Source: Thermodesulfobacteriota bacterium (GTDB taxonomy: Bacteria; Desulfobacterota_D; UBA1144; Nemesobacterales; Mycalebacteriaceae). From it: a stretch of 64,000 nt of DNA. A model generated the notes under the pieces. The model saw only the letters and a program-made list of their open reading frames with translations, was not told the origin of the DNA and did not search any database. Shown here piece after piece: positions 8,384-16,460 of the stretch (position 1 is its first letter; the number at the start of each line of letters is the position of its first letter). The stretch covers positions 832,001-896,000 of the forward strand of contig OZ245366.1 of assembly GCA_965226585.1 (NCBI GenBank). The letters are read 5' to 3'. The translations under genes were made by a program, and so were the position numbers.

Positions 8384-10858
8384 TCAGAAATTCATGCCGT
8401 AGCCCGCAAGCACCGCAATTGAGTTGTCTGCGTTTTTGTTGTGTCCGGGTTCGCGGCTTGCCACCGTGCCAAGGCTCAAATTGCCAATCGCGGTTTTCTT
8501 CACCACTTGCGCGCCAATATCTATCTGTCTGCCGGACGGCTCAATGTCTGCTGTCAGCGCGCTGTTCAGTATCGCGCCGCCGGGGGTTCTGCCCGTTGGG
8601 ATTATCAGACCCATGCGACCGCTTTCAACTCTCACCGGAGATGAAACGGAAACTCTGATTGCCGAATCTTCCGAAGGTTTGTGAACAAATCCCATGGAGA
8701 AAGAGCTGGTTGCCAGATGCGACACGTCTTTTATCAGTCCGCCGCCCGTTTCCGGATACGCGATTCCCATTTCCGCGTTTGCGAAGATTTCCCATTTTCC
8801 GAAATCGTAGTCATAGCCGATGCTTGTAAAAACGGTTTCTGAGGAAAACCCGCCAAACGCGCCCTTTGCTGTGGTTCCGAGAGCCGACCTTGCTTCCGAG
8901 ATATAGCCTGAGCGGAAACCGAAAGGCAGTTTTGGCAGGCGGTATGAAACAACCGCTCCCTGAACGGGTCTTTCCCCTCGTTCATCGGATTTGAAAGCGG
9001 AAAATCCGAAGTCGCCGGATTTAACGCCGAAGGAAACGGCGTCTTCAATAAAAGCCAGATGCCCCGCTTTGCTCAAATGCCCTGAGTTTTCAACCTTTCC
9101 TCTCCTCAACGAGACGGAAACTGACGGGATTTGTCCGCTTGCAAAGCCGTTTCCTTCTCCCATTCCCGCGACCGCCCTATTTTCCGCCGTCAGAGACGCC
9201 GTAAGTTCGCCGTTTTGAACGGATATTCCGTCCGCCCGCGCCGCCGTGTCTTCACTTTGCGAAAACTCCAGGAAATTGCTCAAGTAATGTCCGACCGCAG
9301 GTTTTTGATATTTTCCTGCAAATGCTTCGAGCGGATACCAGAACGGAGCTCCGAGCGAGTCAAACGCCGCGATTTCCTGTTCCGCAAACGCGGTTGAAAT
9401 TCCGTCACCAAATGCTTCGCCAGTTTCCACTCGCATACCGGAAACGGGTGAGAACAGCCATCCGTCTTCGGAGTTCAGATTTCCGCCGCCTGATGAGGAA
9501 ACAGATGCCTGTCCAACCGGCTCGGTCGCGGCTCCGACATTGAGGAGTCCTTGCCCGTAGATTGAAGACACGTCATTGGTGCCGTCGCTGTCAGAATCAG
9601 TGTTCGGCGCGTAAGTGCCGGTTTTTGTTGCGGTGGCAAACATTCTGGCAAGCAACTCCACGTTGCTTAACTGACCGCGAAATTGTTGTTTCATTAGCGC
9701 AAGACCGCCCGCAACTATGGGGGCGGCAAGTGATGTGCCTTTATTATCGTCAAAATCCCCAATGGTTCTGCTTATTGTTCCATCAGCAATTTTTGTTGAT
9801 TCAGCAACTCCGATTTCCTCACCCGGAGCGGCTATGCACCACTGGGCGGCAACTCCGCACCTATTGGAAAAATCGGTGATTGTTCCGTTCAGTTGTACGG
9901 CAACAACTGCAACGGAATGGGGGCGCAATTCCGGTATGAGATACATCAATCCGGCGAGCGGACCCGGTGAACTTGCGTCAACCTTTCCGTTTTTACAACT
10001 CTCAATTCCGTTTACTGCGGGGCAAACTGAGTCATTTTCATTTCCGGCTGCCCACACGAAAATTGTTTTCTCCGTGCGTCCTGCTTGTATTTCGGTTGAG
10101 AAATCATCGGCGGAGAGTTCTCCGGCTTCCACGACGTTTACATATAGGGAATCTGAAATAATTCCGTACTGATAGGATTTGTCCTCTTCATTAGGAAATC
10201 CGAGGCTCAAGTTCAATATGTCAACGCTACGAGCAGGATTGAGAGCGGCGGCAGTTGCCGCGTCAAGAGAATCTAAAGATCCAAGGGCAAACATTCTTAT
10301 GTCTGCTCCGGGAGCAACACCTTCGGATGTTGCCGGGACAGGATTGTTGTCCTCATCAACATACAAGTCTGGCCAATCCGCCCGCACTCCGGCAGCTATA
10401 CTGGCAACACTTGTTCCGTGAGAGGTATCACCCTCATCAGCCAAGTCAGAGTTCCTTGATGAACCTCCAAAATATTCAACGGTCATTCTTTTGCCGTTAA
10501 ATGCCGGATGTTCAGTATCCAACCCGCTATCAACAAAACCGATTGTAACTCCGTTGCCCGGTCTGGTTGCCGCATTTACGCCCTTCGTGTTATAGATGTT
10601 CGCGTATGCTCTGTCCAAACTTATGAGACCGAACTCTGCCCCCGCAACTGAGTTTGCCAAATACCCTGTGTAAAAAGTCTCAAGGGTTGAGATGTTTGCG
10701 GATTCCGCTGAACTAGGAGATGCCACTACTGGGTTATTAGGTACGTTCGGTAAAGGCGGAACCGGGCGGGAAGAACTACCGCCTCCTCCTCCCCCGCCCC
10801 CGAAACATCCGGCAAACACAAAAGAAACCGCTACAAGTAGTGGCAATGCTTTTTTCAT
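8384..10858 (-). CDS. S8 subtilase lipoprotein with a probable C-terminal beta-barrel
   Basis: Lipobox FAGC followed by a poly-Gly linker; catalytic FVDSG, SHGTSVASIAAG, oxyanion AAGNE and GTSLAAPIVAG; C-terminal beta-strand region ends in Phe. Confidence 0.9.
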   Translation of the reverse strand: MKKALPLLVAVSFVFAGCFGGGGGGGGSSSRPVPPLPNVPNNPVVASPSSAESANISTLETFYTGYLANSVAGAEFGLISLDRAYANIYNTKGVNAATRPGNGVTIGFVDSGLDTEHPAFNGKRMTVEYFGGSSRNSDLADEGDTSHGTSVASIAAGVRADWPDLYVDEDNNPVPATSEGVAPGADIRMFALGSLDSLDAATAAALNPARSVDILNLSLGFPNEEDKSYQYGIISDSLYVNVVEAGELSADDFSTEIQAGRTEKTIFVWAAGNENDSVCPAVNGIESCKNGKVDASSPGPLAGLMYLIPELRPHSVAVVAVQLNGTITDFSNRCGVAAQWCIAAPGEEIGVAESTKIADGTISRTIGDFDDNKGTSLAAPIVAGGLALMKQQFRGQLSNVELLARMFATATKTGTYAPNTDSDSDGTNDVSSIYGQGLLNVGAATEPVGQASVSSSGGGNLNSEDGWLFSPVSGMRVETGEAFGDGISTAFAEQEIAAFDSLGAPFWYPLEAFAGKYQKPAVGHYLSNFLEFSQSEDTAARADGISVQNGELTASLTAENRAVAGMGEGNGFASGQIPSVSVSLRRGKVENSGHLSKAGHLAFIEDAVSFGVKSGDFGFSAFKSDERGERPVQGAVVSYRLPKLPFGFRSGYISEARSALGTTAKGAFGGFSSETVFTSIGYDYDFGKWEIFANAEMGIAYPETGGGLIKDVSHLATSSFSMGFVHKPSEDSAIRVSVSSPVRVESGRMGLIIPTGRTPGGAILNSALTADIEPSGRQIDIGAQVVKKTAIGNLSLGTVASREPGHNKNADNSIAVLAGYGMNF

Positions 10859-10871
10859 TCGTTATCTCCTT

Positions 10872-11393
10872 TTAATTTGAGACCTTAACTTTCCTGTCGG
10901 ATACGGTCAGAGTTTTAATGACCGCTCCGGCGGGGATAACCCCTTCTTTCCCTTTGTTCAGGAAAGCCAGAGGGCAAAGAATGACTCCAACGGCAACAGT
11001 TCCCCCGATTTCAGAGTCTCCTTTCGTGTTGAAACTGCCCTTCAATGGAATCGTGGTTCCGTCAACAGCGGTTGTGTATTCCACTCCGACTGTGAGGTGT
11101 CCGGAAATTCCCGCCATACCAGCCCCTTTTCTGTCCGCTACTGTTGCGACAACACTTGTTCCCGCCTCAATAACGGTTGTTCCGTCAACCTTGATATCGC
11201 GCTCAACAGTCAGAACGACTTCCTGTCCGGCTCTCATTTCCTTTGAAGAAATGCGCTGTCCGGTTTTGACGGGAACAAGGGTTCCCTCTTTAAGAACGAC
11301 GGTACCGGCAAACGCGCCCGGCGCGCCGGATGCGGCAAAAATCATCGCCGCCATTGCAATGCAGAAACCTGCACGGTTAATTAAATACTTCAT
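10872..11393 (-). CDS. Secreted hypothetical protein
   Basis: ATG at 11393 with GGAGG RBS; signal peptide ending AFA; beta-rich body. Confidence 0.75.
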   Translation of the reverse strand: MKYLINRAGFCIAMAAMIFAASGAPGAFAGTVVLKEGTLVPVKTGQRISSKEMRAGQEVVLTVERDIKVDGTTVIEAGTSVVATVADRKGAGMAGISGHLTVGVEYTTAVDGTTIPLKGSFNTKGDSEIGGTVAVGVILCPLAFLNKGKEGVIPAGAVIKTLTVSDRKVKVSN

Positions 11394-11832
11394 TTTTTGT
11401 CCTCCAATGAAATAAAGATTTTTCAATTTTTGATGGAAAAAAGAGCATGAAAACACCAATTCCGCCGAGCAACCCCGTAGCGGATCGCGTCAGGTTCACA
11501 CTCTCGTAAGCAGTGGCACTTTGAATGGCAACATCCAGCATTGCCGGAACCAGCAAGACAAATCCAAGCAAAGCGCGTTTTGAATATTTATGCGGTTTGA
11601 AGATAAGCAACGCGGCGACCGCAACGCCGAAATACCCCAGCAGACACCTTGAGCAAAGTCCGCACGGAAAGCCCATAACATAGAAAGACCGCGAGGGTAG
11701 CTGGTGGCATATAAGAGACAGCGAGCGGTAAATTTGATCACCTGCGGGAAATCCCATTATCGCCTGTCTCACGGGCGCGAGAAAGGAAAGAAGGACTAAC
11801 GAAAGAGAAGAGAGAAAAATTAGTATTCTCAT
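11377..11832 (-). CDS. DUF2085-like membrane protein
   Basis: ICHQLPSRSF....CSRC motif and about four TM segments, with N.TR..TGLLGG near the end. Confidence 0.8.
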   Translation of the reverse strand: MRILIFLSSLSLVLLSFLAPVRQAIMGFPAGDQIYRSLSLICHQLPSRSFYVMGFPCGLCSRCLLGYFGVAVAALLIFKPHKYSKRALLGFVLLVPAMLDVAIQSATAYESVNLTRSATGLLGGIGVFMLFFPSKIEKSLFHWRTKNEVFN

Positions 11833-11840
11833 ATAATTCC

Positions 11841-12488
11841 TCAGAACTTGTAATACACTCGCCCTGTTAAGTTGTATGAATAAGTTGCGTCACCCACATC
11901 ATAGAAAACGGAACTTGATTCCATTCCAACCGCCAGATTGTCGCTAAGCAGAAATCTCATCCCCAGAATTCCGCCGTAAATGAAATAACTTTCGGTTTCC
12001 TCCCCGGTGATTGTTAGGGTTACGTTTGTTTGTGTGTTTGTCGCGACAATGCCCGGAGTCAGGTCAAAATTAACCCTGCCGTACCCAGCCGCCGCCCCGA
12101 TATAGGGAACAAAGTCGCCAAAGTGGTGGAAGTCGTAGAAGAATCTTCCGAGAGCGTTAAAGGTTACAACGTCAAAATCTCCGGCAATGGTGATGCCCTG
12201 CCCGCCACCGCTAAACTCTCCTCCGTTGCCGGTGAAAGAAACTGCCAGTTCGGAACGAATTCCCTCGCCCGTGTCATAACCAAACGCTCCGCCAAACGTA
12301 TAACCGGCGTCATATTCTTCGTCCGCTTTTAATCCTGAATCTTCGTATGATGCCTTACTGTAAAAACGCACACCGCCGTCAAGAGCCACATAAAAGCCGC
12401 CACTTTGTGAAATATCCTGAGCGGAAGACCCCGCCGCCGGAATAAGAACTGCCAGAAAGATTGCAAAAATAACAAATGCCCTGTCCAT
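11841..12488 (-). CDS. Outer-membrane beta-barrel protein (8-stranded, opacity/OmpA-TM-like)
   Basis: Signal peptide, GFYV, GGAFGYD, FVPYIGAAAGY, terminal YKF; GGAGG RBS. Confidence 0.88.
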   Translation of the reverse strand: MDRAFVIFAIFLAVLIPAAGSSAQDISQSGGFYVALDGGVRFYSKASYEDSGLKADEEYDAGYTFGGAFGYDTGEGIRSELAVSFTGNGGEFSGGGQGITIAGDFDVVTFNALGRFFYDFHHFGDFVPYIGAAAGYGRVNFDLTPGIVATNTQTNVTLTITGEETESYFIYGGILGMRFLLSDNLAVGMESSSVFYDVGDATYSYNLTGRVYYKF

Positions 12489-12527
12489 CTTGCGCGTACC
12501 TCCAAGAAATGGTTTAAGGCTCCGTCC

Positions 12528-12653
12528 GCTTAACAGGGCGCCGGGCCTTGTTAAGCATCTAAATAGGATTTAGAAGTTCTGATTATTTCCCGCGAGGGTC
12601 TTGTATTCACAGAGACCCGACAGTGCGGGTTCCTATGAAGATGCTTAACAGGG
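12528..12653 (-). promoter_or_regulatory. Structured 5' leader / long inverted repeat upstream of the OMP operon
   Basis: 12546-12568 pairs with 12631-12653 (20 of 23 by Watson-Crick); inner CCCGC/GCGGG and GGGTCT/AGACCC stems; third GCTTAACAGGG copy at 12528-12538. Confidence 0.6.
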
Positions 12654-12656
12654 TTC

Positions 12657-12686
12657 ATTCTAAAGCAACAAGTAAAATGTTGTCAA
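12657..12686 (-). promoter_or_regulatory. Sigma70-type promoter for the OMP/subtilase operon
   Basis: TTGACA-N18-TAGAAT on the minus strand. Confidence 0.65.
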
Positions 12687-12758
12687 GTTGAGCCGAGGAG
12701 ACAGATTTCAGCACACCCTTCAAACTTCGTGTTTCTTTATGTAGAATAGCCCGCTGAT

Positions 12759-14192
12759 ATGAGTTCCAAATACGATCTTGTTGTAATAGGTTCAGGTCCC
12801 GGCGGTTATGTCTCAGCAATCAGAGCCGCGCAACTCGGGATGAAAACCGCCGTTATTGAACGCGACAACCCCGGAGGCGTCTGCCTCAACTGGGGATGCA
12901 TTCCGTCAAAAGCCATCATAAAATGCGCGGAAGTTTATAACTACTTTCAAAACGCGGGCGATTACGGCATCTCGCACAAAGGGCTTTCGTTTGACTACTC
13001 AAAGGTGATAGACAAAAGCAGAGGCTCATCATCCGCCCTCAACAAAGGAGTGGAGTTTCTTCTCAAGAAAAACAAAGTTGATTTTATAAAAGGCTCCGCG
13101 AAACTTCTCCGCCCCGGCTCCGTTGGAATTGCGGGTGACGAAGATTCCGAAATTCAGGCGCAAAATATTCTGCTCGCCACAGGCTCGGTTCCACGCACAA
13201 TTCCGGGAATGGAAATAGACGGAAAAATCGTTATGACAAGCGATGAAGCGATAATGAACCGCTCAATTCCCAAAAATATCGTGATTATCGGCGGCGGCTA
13301 CATCGGTGTTGAATTCGCCTATGTCTATAACTCTTTCGGCAGTAAGGTTACCGTTGTTGAAATGGCTCCAAACCTGATTCCGGGAGCAGACGAAGACATA
13401 TCAAAGGAACTTGAAAAAAGTTTCAAAAAAAGCGGAATAGAGGTTCTCACCTCAACAGCGTATAAATCAATTAAAAAGACAAAAACCTCAGCAAAGGTAA
13501 CGGTTGCCGGCGCGGATTCGGGAGAGGAAAAGGTTCTGAACGCGGAAATTGTTCTGGTTGCCATCGGAAGAAAAGCGGTTGCCAACGCGGCTCCCACATC
13601 TTTCAGTTTCTACGGATCCGGAGACAGTATGGGGCTTTCAGAACTCGGCATCGAAATGGACGAACAGGGATTTATAAAAACCGATGAATCATATTCAACA
13701 ACCTGCTCCGGCGTCTACGCGATTGGAGACGTTGCGGGACCCCCGCTTCTCGCGCACAAGGCGTCTGAAGAGGGAGTTGTTGCCGTTGAGCGCATGAACG
13801 GGATGGACACGCGGGTTCACTACAACAACATTCCGGGCTGTGTCTACTGCCAGCCGGAAATTGCTTCGGTTGGTCTTACCGAAAAAGCGGCAAATGACGC
13901 CGGACACAACATTGCGGTCGGCACTTTCCCCTTCAAGGCGGTTGGCAAGGCGGTGGCGGTTGGAGAAACTGAGGGTTTTGTGAAAATTATTTCAAACAAA
14001 GAAAACGGGGAAATACTCGGAGCCCACATAATAGGACACGGAGCCACGGAACTGATAGCGGAGATAGGAACGGCAAAAACGCTTGAGAGCACGCCCTACG
14101 AAATTGCCACAACATCTCACGCGCACCCCACGCTTTCCGAAGCCGTTATGGAAGCCGCCCTCTCCGCCATGGGAAGGCAGAGGCATTTTTGA
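12759..14192 (+). CDS. lpdA: Dihydrolipoamide dehydrogenase (E3)
   Basis: GSGPGGY, GGVCLNWGCIPSK, GGGYIGVE and HAHPTLSE motifs. Confidence 0.98.
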   Translation: MSSKYDLVVIGSGPGGYVSAIRAAQLGMKTAVIERDNPGGVCLNWGCIPSKAIIKCAEVYNYFQNAGDYGISHKGLSFDYSKVIDKSRGSSSALNKGVEFLLKKNKVDFIKGSAKLLRPGSVGIAGDEDSEIQAQNILLATGSVPRTIPGMEIDGKIVMTSDEAIMNRSIPKNIVIIGGGYIGVEFAYVYNSFGSKVTVVEMAPNLIPGADEDISKELEKSFKKSGIEVLTSTAYKSIKKTKTSAKVTVAGADSGEEKVLNAEIVLVAIGRKAVANAAPTSFSFYGSGDSMGLSELGIEMDEQGFIKTDESYSTTCSGVYAIGDVAGPPLLAHKASEEGVVAVERMNGMDTRVHYNNIPGCVYCQPEIASVGLTEKAANDAGHNIAVGTFPFKAVGKAVAVGETEGFVKIISNKENGEILGAHIIGHGATELIAEIGTAKTLESTPYEIATTSHAHPTLSEAVMEAALSAMGRQRHF

Positions 14193-14845
14193 GAAAAACG
14201 TTAATTCTCAAAAACCCCGGAACCGTCAACTACCCCGAAGCCGTTGAGCTTCAACTCCAAACCCTTGAAAAGCGCATAGCCGGAGAAACCGGCGACACGC
14301 TTATTCTTCTTGAACACCCGCCGACAATCACAACCGGCAGACGCGGAAATCTTTCAAACCTCACGGCAAGCCGGGAATTTCTTGAAAAAAAAGGCGTTTA
14401 TGTTGACCCTTCGGCGGGCAGAGGCGGAGACATTACCTTTCACGGACCCGGGCAGATAGTCGGCTATCCCATTGTCGGCATCAAAGACCGCAAGGGCGGC
14501 GTTCCGGGCTATGTGCGCTCTCTGGAAAAGGTGATTATTCGCGCCCTCGCGGATTTTGGTGTTTCCGCCCGCCGCGTGGAAAAACTGACGGGCGTTTGGG
14601 TGAAGCGCAGTAAGATAGCGTCAATCGGAGTCGGGGTGAGGCGGTGGATAACATGGCACGGTTTCGCGCTTAATGTGAACACAGACCTCTCGTGGTTTGA
14701 TACGATGGTTCCGTGCGGACTTCCGCAGACGCGCATGACTTCAATAAAAGACTGGACGGATAGCGGACAGGATATTGACATGGAAGCGGCGCGGGATTCG
14801 CTGATAAAACATTTTGCTGAAGAATTCGGCTATGAACAGCCCTGA
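14189..14845 (+). CDS. lipB: Octanoyl transferase
   Basis: LLEHPP, RGGDITFHGPGQ, KIASIG, HGFALNV and VPCG motifs; overlaps the lpdA stop. Confidence 0.95.
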   Translation: MRKTLILKNPGTVNYPEAVELQLQTLEKRIAGETGDTLILLEHPPTITTGRRGNLSNLTASREFLEKKGVYVDPSAGRGGDITFHGPGQIVGYPIVGIKDRKGGVPGYVRSLEKVIIRALADFGVSARRVEKLTGVWVKRSKIASIGVGVRRWITWHGFALNVNTDLSWFDTMVPCGLPQTRMTSIKDWTDSGQDIDMEAARDSLIKHFAEEFGYEQP

Positions 14846-14853
14846 TGAGATTT

Positions 14854-15285
14854 TTAAGGTTTTTTTGTCCAGTAGACAAGAACCGCGCCGAGAACTATCA
14901 GTAAAATTCCCGCCGCTCGCATGGGAGATATTTTTTCACCCAGAATTGCCCACGCATACAGAGCCGAAAAAAGCGGAGCGGTTGCCACTATCGGGATAAC
15001 GTAAGATGCTTCGCCGTCTTTGATGGCGGAGAAAAACACGAACAGCCCTATAATTCCGCCCAGAAGCCCCGCCGCGAGAATAAGCGTCAGGGTTCTTCCG
15101 CTGACTTCAAAAACCTCCGCGCCCTTTCCGGTTGCGATTGTAAAAACCGTTATGCACGCCGAGATAAACAACAGCCGGATTGTCATTACAACGGTTGTCG
15201 GTGCGTCTCTGAGGCTTAATTTCTCAAGTATCGGGCTGAGACCCCATACCGCCGCGACAAAAACCGCCATTAAAGTTACTCTCAT
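14854..15285 (-). CDS. EamA/DMT family small membrane transporter
   Basis: Five hydrophobic helices; WG near the N-terminus; ILGEKIS motif. Confidence 0.88.
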   Translation of the reverse strand: MRVTLMAVFVAAVWGLSPILEKLSLRDAPTTVVMTIRLLFISACITVFTIATGKGAEVFEVSGRTLTLILAAGLLGGIIGLFVFFSAIKDGEASYVIPIVATAPLFSALYAWAILGEKISPMRAAGILLIVLGAVLVYWTKKP

Positions 15286-16013
15286 GCCCGCGCCTCCTTC
15301 ACCGTTTCTCCAAGCAGTTGCGGGATTTGCTCAAGAGACCGTATTGACGGCGTGTTGTCCGCCTCCCCTTCCCTGAGGAGCAAAAGCGATTTTATTCCGG
15401 CGTTTGTCGCCCCGATGTAGTCTTTTTCCATATCATCTCCAATGTGCAGACATTCCTCCGGTTTTGCCCCGTGTTTTTCAAGGGCGATGCGAAAGATTTC
15501 CGGAGACGGTTTTGAAAATCCCGCTTCGCTTGAAATTGTGAAAGATGAGAAATAGTTTTCCAGTTCCAGTTCTTTCAGCACCCCGTAGACGCGGGAGTCA
15601 AAGTTTGAGACGAGCATAATTTCGTAGCCCATTTTTTTAATTTTTCCAAGGGCGGAGGCGGAATCCGGAAAAGCCGTCCAAGCCCTGTTTTTGAAGTGGT
15701 CAAAAAGTTCTTCAAAGTAGGAGTCAAAGTCGTCAAACATTCCCACCCGTTCATACACATCACGCACGACATTTTTCCACCATTGTTTTTCAAGTTTTTT
15801 TCTTTCTTCCTGTGAAAACTCTCCAAACGCGAGTGGAGGCGCGGAGGCAAAAGCATGAGAGAACGCCCGTTTAATCTCCAACTCCCCCGGACTGGCGCCG
15901 TATTTTTCCGCAATTTCCGCATAAGCCGCGCCAAGCCCGTTTTTTATGTAGAAAAGCGTATCCGCCGCATCAAAGGAAACGAGTTTTATGTTTGACAGGT
16001 TGAGGTTAGCCAT
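15282..16013 (-). CDS. HAD-IA hydrolase (REG-2-like)
   Basis: FDAADTL, VSNFD, KPSPEIF and HIGDD..KDYIGA motifs. Confidence 0.92.
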   Translation of the reverse strand: MANLNLSNIKLVSFDAADTLFYIKNGLGAAYAEIAEKYGASPGELEIKRAFSHAFASAPPLAFGEFSQEERKKLEKQWWKNVVRDVYERVGMFDDFDSYFEELFDHFKNRAWTAFPDSASALGKIKKMGYEIMLVSNFDSRVYGVLKELELENYFSSFTISSEAGFSKPSPEIFRIALEKHGAKPEECLHIGDDMEKDYIGATNAGIKSLLLLREGEADNTPSIRSLEQIPQLLGETVKEARA

Positions 16014-16135
16014 TTGGTTTGTGGATTAGGTTATATGATTTGGGGGAAAGGGAAAATGGCGGCGGGTTGAAGTGTCTTTGTTATTACGAGTAGAATAGTA
16101 ACGGGTTGTCAAACAACTCCGGGAGGTTACTTGAT

Positions 16136-16303
16136 ATGTCTTTCACGGCTATTGTGGAGTATTGCAAGGACACGAACCTGTATGTGGGTCATATCCCCGG
16201 CTTTGCGGGAGCCCATTCTCAGGGTAAAACTCTTGATGAGTTGAACGAGAATCTAACCGAAGTGCTGTCTATGTTGCTTGAGGACGGCAGCCCCGGATTC
16301 TGA
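16136..16303 (+). CDS. hicB: HicB-like antitoxin, orphan and possibly C-terminally truncated
   Basis: FTAIVE...LYVGHIPGFAGAHSQGKTLDEL..NL.EVL is a HicB N-domain pattern; GGAGG RBS; no adjacent hicA. Confidence 0.8.
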   Translation: MSFTAIVEYCKDTNLYVGHIPGFAGAHSQGKTLDELNENLTEVLSMLLEDGSPGF

Positions 16304-16317
16304 AACCGCTTCCCCTC

Positions 16318-16418
16318 TGTCATTCCCGCTTCTCTCCGTCATTCCTGCGAAAGCAGGAATCCAGAGTTTCTTTCCGCGATTGTAATACTGGATTCCGTGT
16401 CGGGGCACGGAATGACGG
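16318..16418. repeat. Inverted pair of REP/dRS3-like palindromes, same family as 941-1110
   Basis: CCGTCATTCCTGCGAAAGCAGGAATCCAG (16336-16364) and TAATACTGGATTCCGTGTCGGGGCACGGAATGACGG (16383-16418); extra GTCATTCC half-site at 16319. Confidence 0.9.
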
Positions 16419-16460
16419 GAAAGGCACATCGTGCGTTGCGGAAGTGCTGTCTATTCCGGT

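Noticed and set aside
12528..12653. SRP RNA or 6S RNA
   Set aside because: No SRP helix-8 motif with its GNRA loop; shorter than a typical 6S RNA and not recognisable; kept only as an unknown structured leader
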